Source: a virus. From it: a stretch of DNA of 64,000 nucleotides. A program made the position numbers and the translations under genes. Positions 42,587 to 54,600 of the stretch are shown here, one piece after another. Below the pieces are notes generated by a model. That model searched no databases. It was not told where the DNA came from and saw only the letters and a program-made list of their open reading frames with translations. The stretch lies in the IMG/VR virus record IMGVR_UViG_3300045988_126550, positions 64,001 to 128,000 of that record; one strand, 5' to 3'. How positions within the stretch are numbered: position 1 is the first letter of the stretch; the number at the start of each line of letters is the position of its first letter.

Positions 42587-45500
42587 TTATGTTGCAACAA
42601 TCGATAAACTACCATTGCTTTCTATTTGAATCTTAAATTTTCCGCCTAAAGATATCGAAGGAGTTGACGACTTTGTTCCAACTTTTATATCTCCTTCTAC
42701 TTCAGCTTTCTTCATATATGCAGTGTCATTAGCAAAATAAGTTATTGGCACACCAAATTTAATTTCGGGATCTACAAAATTTTCATTAATAGCTCTAGCT
42801 TCATAGAAAGGTGATTCAACTTTATATATAAAATCTGGATTCTTATAATAATCATAATACATAACACCATTATCGTTGTATTCATATAATATGTAGTCAT
42901 AATAATTATCCGCTTTATATGTTGGTTCTGATGTTACAGTTTTTATCCTTGCTTTTCTACAAAATTCAATTCTTTGGGCAGACACTCTAGAAAAATATTC
43001 TTTGTTTTTATTTTCTCCGACAATAAGACCATTATCACCATCAAAACTAAAATATGATAATTTTTCTGCTGCATCACCCTTATTCATTGTAACAGTGCCA
43101 TCTTTAGCTACTTTAAACGCATACGTTCCGTCGTCTTGCAACCCAATGCAAATTTCTCCACCAATGATACTACTACCTTCAATAAGTCCAGCGCTAACAC
43201 ATCCTGCCAATACTCCCCAATATGTTTCGCCTTCAATTGTATAACTACCGAATACTGATTTTGTTGTTTTGAAATTATCATCAGAATATAAGAATTTATT
43301 ATTCGTAATCCAGCCTTCATGTTTATCTAGAACACCATCTACCATTTTGCGCAAATGAATACCATAATTATCCCATGATACATCTTGCCCCGCAGAGCTA
43401 GACCTAATAGATGTAGTTGCATCAATAAGGCCCTGCCTAATTTTTTCATCAATTGCAGTAGCAATATCATATCCTTTTTGCCAATACGAAGAACCGCTTG
43501 CCACAGATTTTCCAGCATTTACAGCTTGCGCCAATAGGTCTGCGTGTATATCTCCTTGGTCTTTAACTGATAATAAATCACCAAATGTACAGGAGAAATT
43601 ACTTAAATCATTAAAGTTTAATTGTACTTCAAGCAATCTAGCCTTTTTAATAAAATCTTTTCTTATCATAACTCTGATAAAATTGCCGAGACTAAATTGA
43701 TGCAAAATTGGCTCAAATTCTGGCATTGCATAGATATTTTTCATTGATGCGGAAAAGGATAAAGTTGGTTTAGAAATTACTTTTAATTTTTTGCTACCAG
43801 CTACTAATAATTCTTTTTGCGTATTGATTATATCCAAATCTGTATCTATATCTGTTGTACAGAAACAATCATCTGTATACTCATCTTCACGTAAAAATAG
43901 TGACAATCTATCTAGACTATCTGGTGAGAAGTTTCTACTAATATCAATGTCTTCTGATATAAATTGAATTTTTTCTCTAACTTTTTGTATTTGCTCTGCA
44001 ATTCCGTCTACCATATTTTGTTTTTCTTCTAGCTGTTTTTTGGCGTCTTGCAATTTATTTAAGTTATCAATATAGCTTTTATATTCCTCGCTATCTTTGG
44101 GCTTTTGATCCCATTCTGCTGCAATTTGCACATCGTTAATAGATGAATATATATCTATTTTTTCCTTCAAAGAATTAATACCATCGCTACCAAAAACTAA
44201 ATCCCTTTCGTTCCAAACATATGTATATTTATTTTCTTCGTGCCCATCTTCGTCAACTTGCACAGACATTTTCATTTCACACACATAATATTTGCAAGCA
44301 ATATCATTATAAGTAACATTTCCGTCTTCTTCTACTTTGTCTTGATTGACAATCTTATATACTTCGCCAAGATGTTCAATATCTGCCTCAGGTAAGAACA
44401 TATCTGCTTGATCATAGTTATCAGGGTTTAGTTTAATTTCTGTAATTTTATATTCATCCGGCACAGAATTTTCCTCTGTCAATCTATTATCAATAAGCCT
44501 ATATAATTCCTTTAAAACTTCTGTATAACTTTCTACTTTAATGACATAATCGCCGATTTTAGGAGTATAAGATTTAAGCACAGGCGTCACATCATCGATT
44601 AAAATTTCTCCGGCTTGAGGATTAGAATTTACAATTAACAATGCATCCACCGAATCAATTGTTTTAACTCTGATTCTGTCTCCATTATTAAGAGGAACAT
44701 ATATTGTTAAAATACAAGTCTCACTATTATATTCATACCCGTCTGGCCCTTCTGCAAGAGTCTCAAATTCAAGAGAACCAGCATTTCTTTTTTCAACAAT
44801 ATGCCTAAGTCCGATTTCATTTAATAGTGTAAAATGATTGTCGATAAATTCAACAGACACAATATCTGTAAATTTTAACGCATCCGAAATAGTTAACGCA
44901 CCAGATTTAAATGTATACTTGTTTGTCTTTGTTCCATTAATTGCGACAGAAGTCGGATTCCAATTTATAAATTCTGGTAATTGGAATGTAGTTTGAATTG
45001 TGTTTATCTGAATCGTACTGCCTACAGTTAAAGAATCATCATTGATAATTAAAATATTATTGTCAGAATCAAATTCATATTCTGTGATTTTATTATCACC
45101 TATAGCAATTGATTCTATCTTTCCAGTAAATGATGTTATGTTGAAATAATTTTCTACAAAATTAACTATGATATTACTATCACTCATTAATAAAGGTGAA
45201 GTTATAGTCAATTTATTGTTTATATAATTATACCCATCTTCTTTGATAGCAACACCATCTATAATAACCGAAGTTATTTTCTTCCTGTCCATATCTATTT
45301 GAAATGAGGTATCAATAGATACTACTTCTATTACCTCTCCTGCAAATAAAGTTGGTAATGAAGATATTGTTAATTTCATTGTAGATTCATCAAAGCTATA
45401 AATATTATTTGAAATTTCTTCAAAATCAATACTGACCGATAATAATCTATCTTTCTTTTGTGGAATAGTAAAAACATTATTTACCATATTAATAGTGACC

Positions 45501-47503
45501 TTATCGCCAGCAGTAATATTTTGATTGTTAATAGTTAAGACATAAGTATTAATATCTAGACTATAACCAGACTGCGGTACTTCATTTTGATTAATATAGA
45601 CACTAACTAAGGATTTGTCTTTATGTGACGAGATATCAAAATGAGTATCAATAGATTCGACAGAGACGACATCCCCATCCTTCAATGCACTATTAATTAT
45701 CAATAATGCATTTTGTAATTGATACGCATCGGTTTCTTTGCCATTAATTTTTACAGAAACAATTTTGTCTCTTAAATTCTGTAGAGTAAATTTATTATTG
45801 ATTAACTCTATAACAATAGTATCTTCATATTGTAAAATTGACGTGTCAGTAAATAATAAATATCCTTCATTAATTCGATATTTACTACTATCAATTATCT
45901 CGTCATTAATTTTAACTACTACAATTTTATTAGATGGATTTTTAAAAGAAAACCTAGTAGAAAGTTCGGCCTTCGGTGTTTCAACCTTTATGGTATCTCC
46001 AGCTGACATCGGCGCTGTAATCGTTAGTTCTTTTGTTGTCTCGTCATACGTATACTGATCGTTACTTATAAGTTCGTCCTCAATATATACTTTAGTATCT
46101 TCTGGCACAACAATTTCATTAGTAAGTATGAATGTATTTTCTTGTGCATTTGCTACATGAGTTTCTGATAAAATTTCTGGCTGATTAAATTGCTGTGATT
46201 CACTTTCAATATCGAATTCTTCGATTTCACTTTCGATATCAAATTCAATAGAAATTTTATCAATATCCATAATTGTATTTTCGCTATCTACACTAAGAGA
46301 GTTGGCGTCTCCATTTGCTATAAATTTCTGAGTATGCCCAACAACAAAATCCTGTTTAATCGGAGATATATCAAAAACTTCTTCGGTAGAACCACTGATA
46401 TCTTTACTATAAAAGCCACCCATATATTTATCTTGTTTGTCCATATATGCAAGGTATTCATAATAAAGTTTATCTCCCATCCATTCTGGCGTACAGTAAT
46501 AATCAAGATTCATAATTGATGGTAATCCGAAATTAACGCTACGAATATCTAAATCATCCGCTCCTTTTACAGTCAATACTGTTTTAATATCATCGGCGGA
46601 ATAGTTAACATGCATTTCATTAGATAAATTTTCAAATGCAACAATAACATCCGTATCATATTTACTTTTAAAATCATTGGTTACTTCTACAATATCGCCT
46701 TGTGCCGGTGCGATAGAAAGAAGTAAGTCATTTGTTTCTTGATTGTACGTATATTGCGTTATAATATGCCCGTTTATAGTTACTGTACTTGTATCTGAAA
46801 AATCACCAGACAATTTAAAGGTTGTCGTTGTTCCATCGCCTATAAAGCGTTCAATTTCATTTTCCGAATATACATTAATAATATTATTAATAGTATCAAA
46901 CTCTACATAACATTTAAATGTATCACACATTTCGTTCATGATAAAGTCATAAATAGATTCTCTATCAACATCAAAGCTACGACCTTGTGACGCTAATTCT
47001 GCGTCAACATGACCAATAGTCCATCCATATGCTTTTTTCAATATTAAATGCAGAAGGCTATGTTCAACGTCTGTTGGGTTGTATAATATAACTCCATCAA
47101 CGCTTCCAACTGTATCGCTCGTATCTCCCATATTAATAATGAATGTTTCAAGATATCGTTGAGACAGAGAATATTCTAATGAATAAGCATTCAATTGCTT
47201 ATATTCCTGTATTCCATCACTATATAATTCTGGATCTTGAAGTTGGAAATATCCGAACCCTTCAAGATAGACCAAGCGCAACCCCTCGATGTAATTATAA
47301 TATGGAGTTCGCTTTTGTTCTCCTGTAATTAAATCATGATAAATAGAAGGGACATTAAATGAGATTTCGGAGTATCCATTAAATTTAAATGTTCCGTTTA
47401 AATCATTTACATCTAACTGGCAAATTTTATCTTTATTTGTCTGACATAATATAACCTTTGGTGTTTTATATGTGTCGGATAACAAATCTTTAGGTAATCG
47501 CAT
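42587..47503 (-). CDS. 1638-aa tail-associated (Tal-like) minor structural protein with a tandem-repeat array
   Basis: Position directly after Dit. The N-terminal 220 aa are typical of the phage minor structural protein N-terminal region. About 9 repeats of ~50-55 aa between aa 457 and 950. Confidence 0.65.
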   Translation of the reverse strand: MRLPKDLLSDTYKTPKVILCQTNKDKICQLDVNDLNGTFKFNGYSEISFNVPSIYHDLITGEQKRTPYYNYIEGLRLVYLEGFGYFQLQDPELYSDGIQEYKQLNAYSLEYSLSQRYLETFIINMGDTSDTVGSVDGVILYNPTDVEHSLLHLILKKAYGWTIGHVDAELASQGRSFDVDRESIYDFIMNEMCDTFKCYVEFDTINNIINVYSENEIERFIGDGTTTTFKLSGDFSDTSTVTINGHIITQYTYNQETNDLLLSIAPAQGDIVEVTNDFKSKYDTDVIVAFENLSNEMHVNYSADDIKTVLTVKGADDLDIRSVNFGLPSIMNLDYYCTPEWMGDKLYYEYLAYMDKQDKYMGGFYSKDISGSTEEVFDISPIKQDFVVGHTQKFIANGDANSLSVDSENTIMDIDKISIEFDIESEIEEFDIESESQQFNQPEILSETHVANAQENTFILTNEIVVPEDTKVYIEDELISNDQYTYDETTKELTITAPMSAGDTIKVETPKAELSTRFSFKNPSNKIVVVKINDEIIDSSKYRINEGYLLFTDTSILQYEDTIVIELINNKFTLQNLRDKIVSVKINGKETDAYQLQNALLIINSALKDGDVVSVESIDTHFDISSHKDKSLVSVYINQNEVPQSGYSLDINTYVLTINNQNITAGDKVTINMVNNVFTIPQKKDRLLSVSIDFEEISNNIYSFDESTMKLTISSLPTLFAGEVIEVVSIDTSFQIDMDRKKITSVIIDGVAIKEDGYNYINNKLTITSPLLMSDSNIIVNFVENYFNITSFTGKIESIAIGDNKITEYEFDSDNNILIINDDSLTVGSTIQINTIQTTFQLPEFINWNPTSVAINGTKTNKYTFKSGALTISDALKFTDIVSVEFIDNHFTLLNEIGLRHIVEKRNAGSLEFETLAEGPDGYEYNSETCILTIYVPLNNGDRIRVKTIDSVDALLIVNSNPQAGEILIDDVTPVLKSYTPKIGDYVIKVESYTEVLKELYRLIDNRLTEENSVPDEYKITEIKLNPDNYDQADMFLPEADIEHLGEVYKIVNQDKVEEDGNVTYNDIACKYYVCEMKMSVQVDEDGHEENKYTYVWNERDLVFGSDGINSLKEKIDIYSSINDVQIAAEWDQKPKDSEEYKSYIDNLNKLQDAKKQLEEKQNMVDGIAEQIQKVREKIQFISEDIDISRNFSPDSLDRLSLFLREDEYTDDCFCTTDIDTDLDIINTQKELLVAGSKKLKVISKPTLSFSASMKNIYAMPEFEPILHQFSLGNFIRVMIRKDFIKKARLLEVQLNFNDLSNFSCTFGDLLSVKDQGDIHADLLAQAVNAGKSVASGSSYWQKGYDIATAIDEKIRQGLIDATTSIRSSSAGQDVSWDNYGIHLRKMVDGVLDKHEGWITNNKFLYSDDNFKTTKSVFGSYTIEGETYWGVLAGCVSAGLIEGSSIIGGEICIGLQDDGTYAFKVAKDGTVTMNKGDAAEKLSYFSFDGDNGLIVGENKNKEYFSRVSAQRIEFCRKARIKTVTSEPTYKADNYYDYILYEYNDNGVMYYDYYKNPDFIYKVESPFYEARAINENFVDPEIKFGVPITYFANDTAYMKKAEVEGDIKVGTKSSTPSISLGGKFKIQIESNGSLSIVAT

Positions 47504-47517
47504 TTTCTAGCACCACC

Positions 47518-48618
47518 TTATCCTTTAATTTGTATATCATTAAAATGTTTTTTGATAATTAATCTTCCGTCTTGCACTTCGGCATTAAATTCATCAAATG
47601 GGCATTCGTTACCGCTATCATCAATAATTAGAGTACCATTATTTTCACTAAATGCAGAGATACCAACATCGGTTTTGACGTTTTTAACATCTCCTCGTAC
47701 AATCATTGTCTCACCAGCTATTTTTATATTAATACCAGTAGGAGGCTCTAATGTTATATCTCCTCTAATTTTAACGATGTTATTATCAACATAAATAATA
47801 ACGGCATTTTTAATCTCGTAGTTATTTAATAATCCATCTGATACTTTCATAGGATATCTAAAAGACATTGTTAATTCTCCGCTACCAGAAGCTTGGAAAC
47901 TATTTATGCCAGCAGATAATGCAGGAAAAACAAAATTAAAATCATCATTGAAAATTCTTGCGGTATTATCAGAATACGCAACAAAACTATTATCTATTGT
48001 TATCGTTTCCCCTTGCTGCAGCTGCTTAAAACTTGTCTCTTCACCAATAGTATTATTTTTAACCGAAAAACTTGCACCATTTTGATTATTTTTAAATATC
48101 ATGCGAGGATAAATATATGAATATAAATCATCGCTTTCGTTATCTATATTAAAATTTGTCTTACCATTTAAAGTCATTTTTACTGTTTTAACCTCTGAAT
48201 ATGCCCATGGGCTAACTGATGTAAATTCGGCTCTAATACCAATGACTCTAGCATCCATTTTCTGCAATTTAATATCTGTAAATCTTCCTAGATATGAGCA
48301 TACAATTTCTCCATCCATATTATAAACATCCATCCAAGCATTCTTTCTTGATCCAGTAAGCCACCTTAAAACAGATCTGACTTTAAACGGCTGAATATCA
48401 TCACCGTCAATATCTACAAATGTAACTGACGGTTTTGCTACATCGTTATATTTTGCCCCATAATCTGTGCGCATTGAACCATCAAAATTATCCGTATAAA
48501 CTGGTTCCATAGTCAAATAGGTATCTGTTTCTCCAGAATCAGGGTTAAATGTCGCGACAACGAGTCTCTCATCATAATTGCTTCTATTTCTAAATTCAAT
48601 CTTAGGATGGTAAATCAC
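47518..48618 (-). CDS. distal tail protein (Dit-like)
   Basis: GTG start 9 nt after GGAGG. Gene order is tape measure - Dit - Tal. Confidence 0.5.
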   Translation of the reverse strand: MIYHPKIEFRNRSNYDERLVVATFNPDSGETDTYLTMEPVYTDNFDGSMRTDYGAKYNDVAKPSVTFVDIDGDDIQPFKVRSVLRWLTGSRKNAWMDVYNMDGEIVCSYLGRFTDIKLQKMDARVIGIRAEFTSVSPWAYSEVKTVKMTLNGKTNFNIDNESDDLYSYIYPRMIFKNNQNGASFSVKNNTIGEETSFKQLQQGETITIDNSFVAYSDNTARIFNDDFNFVFPALSAGINSFQASGSGELTMSFRYPMKVSDGLLNNYEIKNAVIIYVDNNIVKIRGDITLEPPTGINIKIAGETMIVRGDVKNVKTDVGISAFSENNGTLIIDDSGNECPFDEFNAEVQDGRLIIKKHFNDIQIKG

Positions 48619-48655
48619 TTGACCACACCTCCTATAAACTACTTTATGTAATTAA

Positions 48656-48685
48656 AGGAGAGGCACCGAAGTACCTCTCCTTTTT
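48656..48685 (-). terminator. UUCG-capped hairpin just after the tape measure stop (possible attenuator)
   Basis: AGGAGAGG/CCTCTCCT stem; the U-tract is weak on the - strand. Confidence 0.4.
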
Positions 48686-48690
48686 ATATA

Positions 48691-51600
48691 TCATCTTGTG
48701 AACCTTTTTAAACTATTGTTAACGCCCTTCATATAAGAATCTAGTTGAGCCTTAACTGCATCCTTAATATCAGGTATAGAATCCCTATCAGCATGTTCGA
48801 TATTGATCATATTGCCGAATGACATATTAAGCTCAATACTATTATTGATAATATAAGGAGCGCCAATCTTAGGTTTATTTCTGTCAAGAATATCTTTCGG
48901 ATCTAGAGTCCCAAGCTTCATAAGATTATCAGTAATATCACTTGGAATCACAGAACTGCCTTTACTTAGATATTGTAACCTACCATTCGTGTCTGCATGT
49001 AATACTAATTCTTCTAGCCCAAGTTCGTCAGTAATTGCAAATTGGTCGTTTGGAACTTTCTTAATACCTTTTGCATATCCCTCTATGTCGCTTAACTTGA
49101 TCCAGCCAGTATACTGTCCGTTTCTGCCAATTAACACTTCAGAGCCGCTAACTTGATAAACAGTAAATGTAGAACCAGGAACCCAAGATTGCATTCTAGT
49201 ACCATTGCCGCCATCTCTAGTAAAGTGAGTAGCAGACTTCTTAACAGTCACGCTAGAACCATTGGCCGGAGCCGCAGGTTTTTGTGGGGTGCTAGGTTGT
49301 TGTGGGGTAGATGGCGTTGGAGCAGTATACGTCGCACTAGATGTCTTGTTGGCATTTTGATTAGTAGCGTCAATTAAATGTCTTGCTGTCTCATCCGCCG
49401 CTGCTTGTAAATCAAGAAGTTGTTTCTTAATTGCTTCTAGTTGCGCAGTAAACGCACTTGTAGATGCATTTAATTGATCTTGATAAGTACCTATCGCAAT
49501 TACGCCTTGTTCCCAAGGATTTGTAATTGCTTCTGACAAATTAATGCCATATTCATCGGCAATTTCTTTTAATGTCCCTGCAACTACTTCTGTATTTCCA
49601 GTAATAGTCGCAAAGCTATCGGCGATTACTTGTTCGACGTTCTTTAAATATTCATCGAGAGCTTCCATCTCTTTTTCTTTTTCGTCTTGATAGTTCTCTG
49701 CTTGATCGTCCAACGCATCTTGTTGTTTCTCTATACTATGACTATAATATAGTTCGTCTAATTCTTCTTGTGCTGCAGCAAGTTCTGCTTCAAGCTTCTT
49801 TCTTCTGGCAATAGCACTTGCGGAATTATCCCCAGCTATTGCAGCAAGTTGCTTTTGAATATTTGCAATATTCTTTTGTTGCTCTTCTACCTGCTTAGAG
49901 AAATCATGAGCATCTTTAGAAAGTTGCAATTCCTCTTTCTTTTTATTTATAAGCTCATTATAAGCGTCAATTTCCTCTTGCATCGCATTTTTTGCAGCAT
50001 CAACACGAGTTTTATTAAGAGCAATAAGAGCGTCTTTTGCAGCCTCATATGACTTTATACTATCCCATTGTCCGTCTTTGAGTTCTTGTAGTTTTTCGTT
50101 ATACTCATCTGTACTATACTTGCCAGCGGCATATTCTTGATTAAGGTATTCAATTTGTTCTGCATATTGTTTTGCTCTATATTGAGCGCGTTCCATTTCT
50201 TGGGCAAGTAGACCCATTTTAGTAATGCCCTCATTAGTCCAATTGCCCATTTCATCGGCAATATCCTCATCATCGATTAAATCGCCTAAATTAGATATTT
50301 CATTGCCGACATTATCAATAGCTTTAATAAGACCATCAAAGTTATCCCAGTGTAACTGATTGATAGAATTTTGGAATCCTTCAATCTCTTTACGGCAGTC
50401 AATAATAGCCTTATCAACATCTTGAATTGCGGCGACCCCTTCATACCATTCCTCAGAGCCGATATCAATATTGCCAGCAGAAACCTGAGCATCGAATTCT
50501 TTTTGCATGTCATTGCGTTTCTTTTGAAGTTCATCGAGCTCTTTGATGCTATTCTTAATCATTTCTTCATACATTACTGCAGAAGTACGTTCGCCTTGCT
50601 CGTCTATCAGATCGACGTTCGCCTGAAGCAAATCGTTAAGAGTTGTAATCTTAGCGATAACCCTATCATACTCATCCGCAATAGTTTGCACTTTTTGTAA
50701 TGAGAGTGATGTAATTTCTTTCTTGACTTGTTGCTGTTGTGTTCTTACATCTGATGCTTTTTGTGCCCATTCACGATAGTTATTAATCGCCTCTACAACT
50801 TCTTGATTAGCTTCTCCTAAGAATTCTGTTAAAGCAACACCGCCATTTTTAGCAAGCTCTTGGTATTGCTGTGGCACTTTCTCTAAAAGTTGTGCGGCAT
50901 AATCCGCATAAAGCTTATAACCTTCTCCAAGTTCTGTCAATTTATACTTATTGACATTAATCATTTGATCTTGGATATCATTTTTAGCAGAAATACCTAC
51001 GGCATTTTCTAGTGCTGCGGACATATAATTTAAATCATCATCAATCTCCTCAAGCAAAACTGCGAACCAGTCGAACATTTCTTCAAAATCATTGGCAGCA
51101 TCAGAAAGATCATCACCCGCGTCAGATAAACTATCTGCCGCATCGTTCCAATCTGTCCAGAAATTATCATTTTTAGCACCACTATAATAAGTTGGTGTCG
51201 TATAATCCGGGACGATTGTTACATGTGCATTACCTTCAGAGTAGGCCTTGCCACGAGAATTGATATGCCCGTTCTTGAACAACTCTTCGGTTTGCTTGTG
51301 ATTAAAGATAATTGCATTCTTTGGCAAATCTACAAATTCTGCACCCTTATCTCCAACGGTATAATATTTTCCAGTTTTAGGGTCTACAACGGTTTCCCTT
51401 CCGAGCTCGCCCACTAAAGCGTCGTCTTCTGCTTGTGGCAATCCCCAATTGCCAGATGCATGAGCGGTGCCATCTGCATATATTGTCAAACGTCCGCTGG
51501 CACCAGGAGTATGAACTGTCTGCTCAGTACCACTACCAATAACTCGATAGTCAGTTGTAATTGTAAACGTTTTATCACTAATGCTTGTCGCATTAAGCTT

Positions 51601-54600
51601 ATCAAGTTTCGCTTGAACTGCACTTACATTTTCTCCTGTTGCTACAAGCTCAGAAGATGTAGATTCAATCTCTCCTTCTAGGTTTGAAATGGCTCCAGTA
51701 TCTCCAACATAATGGAGTAATTTCGCCGTCTTATCTGCGTCCTGACCAATACCTTCAAGAAGATTTTTAACGACAGCTCCATCAACTTCAAGCCCTTTGG
51801 TATCAAGTTGGAACAGTTCATCACTTGTCCATTTTCCATCATTTTGTTTTGCTTCGTCAATAAGCCCCCAGATATACTTGTCGACAGTATTGGAATCAAG
51901 CAATTGTGGGCCATTTTCTGTCTGTAAAATCGGAGTAAATGCTATGTCCTCTCCGTCGAATTCACCAACAGAACTTAATAGAGTGGAGTACGTTCCAGCC
52001 AAATCATCGGCCTTCATGCCCCAGCTGTCTATTGCATCGCCATACTTATCAAGTGATTCTTCGTCCCAATATAGTTCCTGACGATCATTAGTATCTACGT
52101 TCCCATATTTTGTTTGAGATAAATCTGTACCAATGTCATCTGCAAGAGATTTAGCATTAAGTACATCTGTTACATATTGATTAATAAGATTGTCAAGTTC
52201 TCTCATTCCGTCAGAAGTATCATCAATGGCGGACGCTACCTCTTTGCCAGTATAAGAACCGTCGCCCTGCAAGTCTTTTACAACGCCAGCAAGACCAACT
52301 GAACTAAAACCAGACGATTCAACGGCTTTGTCTCCGCCAAGATTAAACATTTCCATAATAGTATTAAGATAACCATCTTTATACTTGGAAAGTTCATCCT
52401 CAAATCCAGTCCAATCTTTTTCATCATACTCTCCGGGAACAGCACGAATAACCAAGTTGTACTTATCAGAATCAAGAAGATCTTGCGTTGACCCATTCGT
52501 GACAAGACCATCTATATAATCTGCAAGTGCATCAGATGTTAAAACATCCCCATTCTCAAGAACAGGAGTAATATCAATAGTATACTTATTCTTATCTCCA
52601 ATTGTTACAGTCTCTGCGGAAGTACTTGCATATATCTCTCCGTCAGAACCGATGAATGAATTATATCCTCCACCCATGGCAAGGTCATGTTCATACGATG
52701 GAGACAGATGTGGGCGTTTACGAAGATCTACATTACCGTTTACCAATTTTTCATATTGCGCACACATTTCTTCAGCATATTTAGCAAGCTTATTAAGTTT
52801 TAGCTTATCAAATATGTTGTTAATAACATTTGTCCCGCTTGCATATGCTTTGCCCCTACTATTAATGTAACCATTTTCAAGTAAAGATTTTGTTTGTTTA
52901 TGGTTAAATATAATATCGCCTTTTTTAACATCAGTAAACTCTGCACCATTTTCTCCAAGCATGTCCCAATGGTTTCCACGCACACGAAGTTCTGGGCCTA
53001 ATTCTCCAACTAAAGACGTATCAGTTGATTCAGCCCCCCAACTACCAGAAGCATGAGCCGTACCGTTAGCCATTGTAGAATTTAATTCATAACGGCTACG
53101 ACGCCCACCATGTTTCGTCACTGTCTGGCCTTCATTTACCTCCCGGTATGTAGTAGTGACAGTGACACCTGTTGGGACTCTGTCGATTGCATCAATCAAA
53201 TTATTAATTGATTTTACGGCAGCAGTACTATCAACACTTGGGTCTGGAAGTGCCTCAATAGCCTTCTTTGCCGCTTCTGCGGCAGTTTTTACTTCTTCAA
53301 TTTGCGCCTTTGCTTCTTCTTTATTTTCAACAAGAAGATTAATAACTCCTTTATCATTCAGCAAATCAACGTACTGTTGTAGTTTCTGACGCTCATCATC
53401 AGTTATCTCTACATCTGGCTTGATTTTATATTTACCATCTTCTCCAAGCTCTACAAGCTCACTATCATCTATATTAGCTATATTCGCTTTGACCGCAAGT
53501 TCGTTATTATTTGCTTTCCACGCAGCCATTTGAGAGTCTATATCATCTAGCGCAAGCTGAATTGATACCTCTGTTGGTTCTTCTAGATTGTATTTTTTCT
53601 TTAATGCCTCTCCGAGTTGTTCAGTTAAGCCTTTAACTTTTTTAGTTTGTGCATCTATTTCTTCTTGAGTATAGCCACTATTAGGTTGATTCATTTCATT
53701 CAACTTTTTCGTAGCTTGTTCAACTTCATCTTTTAAATTTGTGACTTCTTTCGTAACATTTTGATACTCTACGGCATTTTTCCTTGCATCTTCTGCACAA
53801 CCTTGTAGCTTACTATTAGCCTCCTGATATTTCTGTGCCCATTCTTCAACGCCAATTTCATTATTTGCTAAAGCAACATCCAGCTCTGATAAGTTTTTAG
53901 TTGCCATAAAAATATTGCCTTCGAGCCCTAAATCAAGTTGGTCAAAGACAGAACCAAAATCGCCGTTCAACCATTCTGCATCATAAGCATCAATTTCTGT
54001 GAACATTGCAAAAGCCATTTCCTTTGTAATATTCATCTTATCACAGAAATCATCTAATGTTTTAATATCACTTGAGAGCTCAAAGTGTTGCCAATCACCT
54101 TTATTTGTAAATACTCCTTTTTCTTGAGCACTTTCAATGAACGCCTGAACATTATCTAAGGTCATCTCTGCACTTTCAAGAGTACCAGCATCGCTAAATT
54201 TTAACGTAAAATATTTACTGAAATCCGAATTCTTTAAATAATTGGCAATAGCAGCGACTTTTTCTTCTACCGTATCAAAACCAGAATAAACATCTTCTGG
54301 AATCATACCTGCCACAGCAGCCTTAAAAGATTCTGTCCCAAGTTTTGCTGATTGCAATCCTTCAATAAGCCCAGAAATCATATCTTCTGCTTTACTGCCA
54401 TAATCCTTTGCTTCATCAGCAGATTTTGCGTCTTCATATTTTTGATATGCATCCGCAGCTCCAAGCAACTTCTGTTCAAGAAGGCTATACTTTGCGATTG
54501 TTCTTTCTACTGCTCCCATTTCTTTATAAAGAGCATTAATTTCTTTTGCGTTAGCTTGCGCGAGTTCGCCATTCGCTCCAGTTAATTGCTTAATTTTCTT

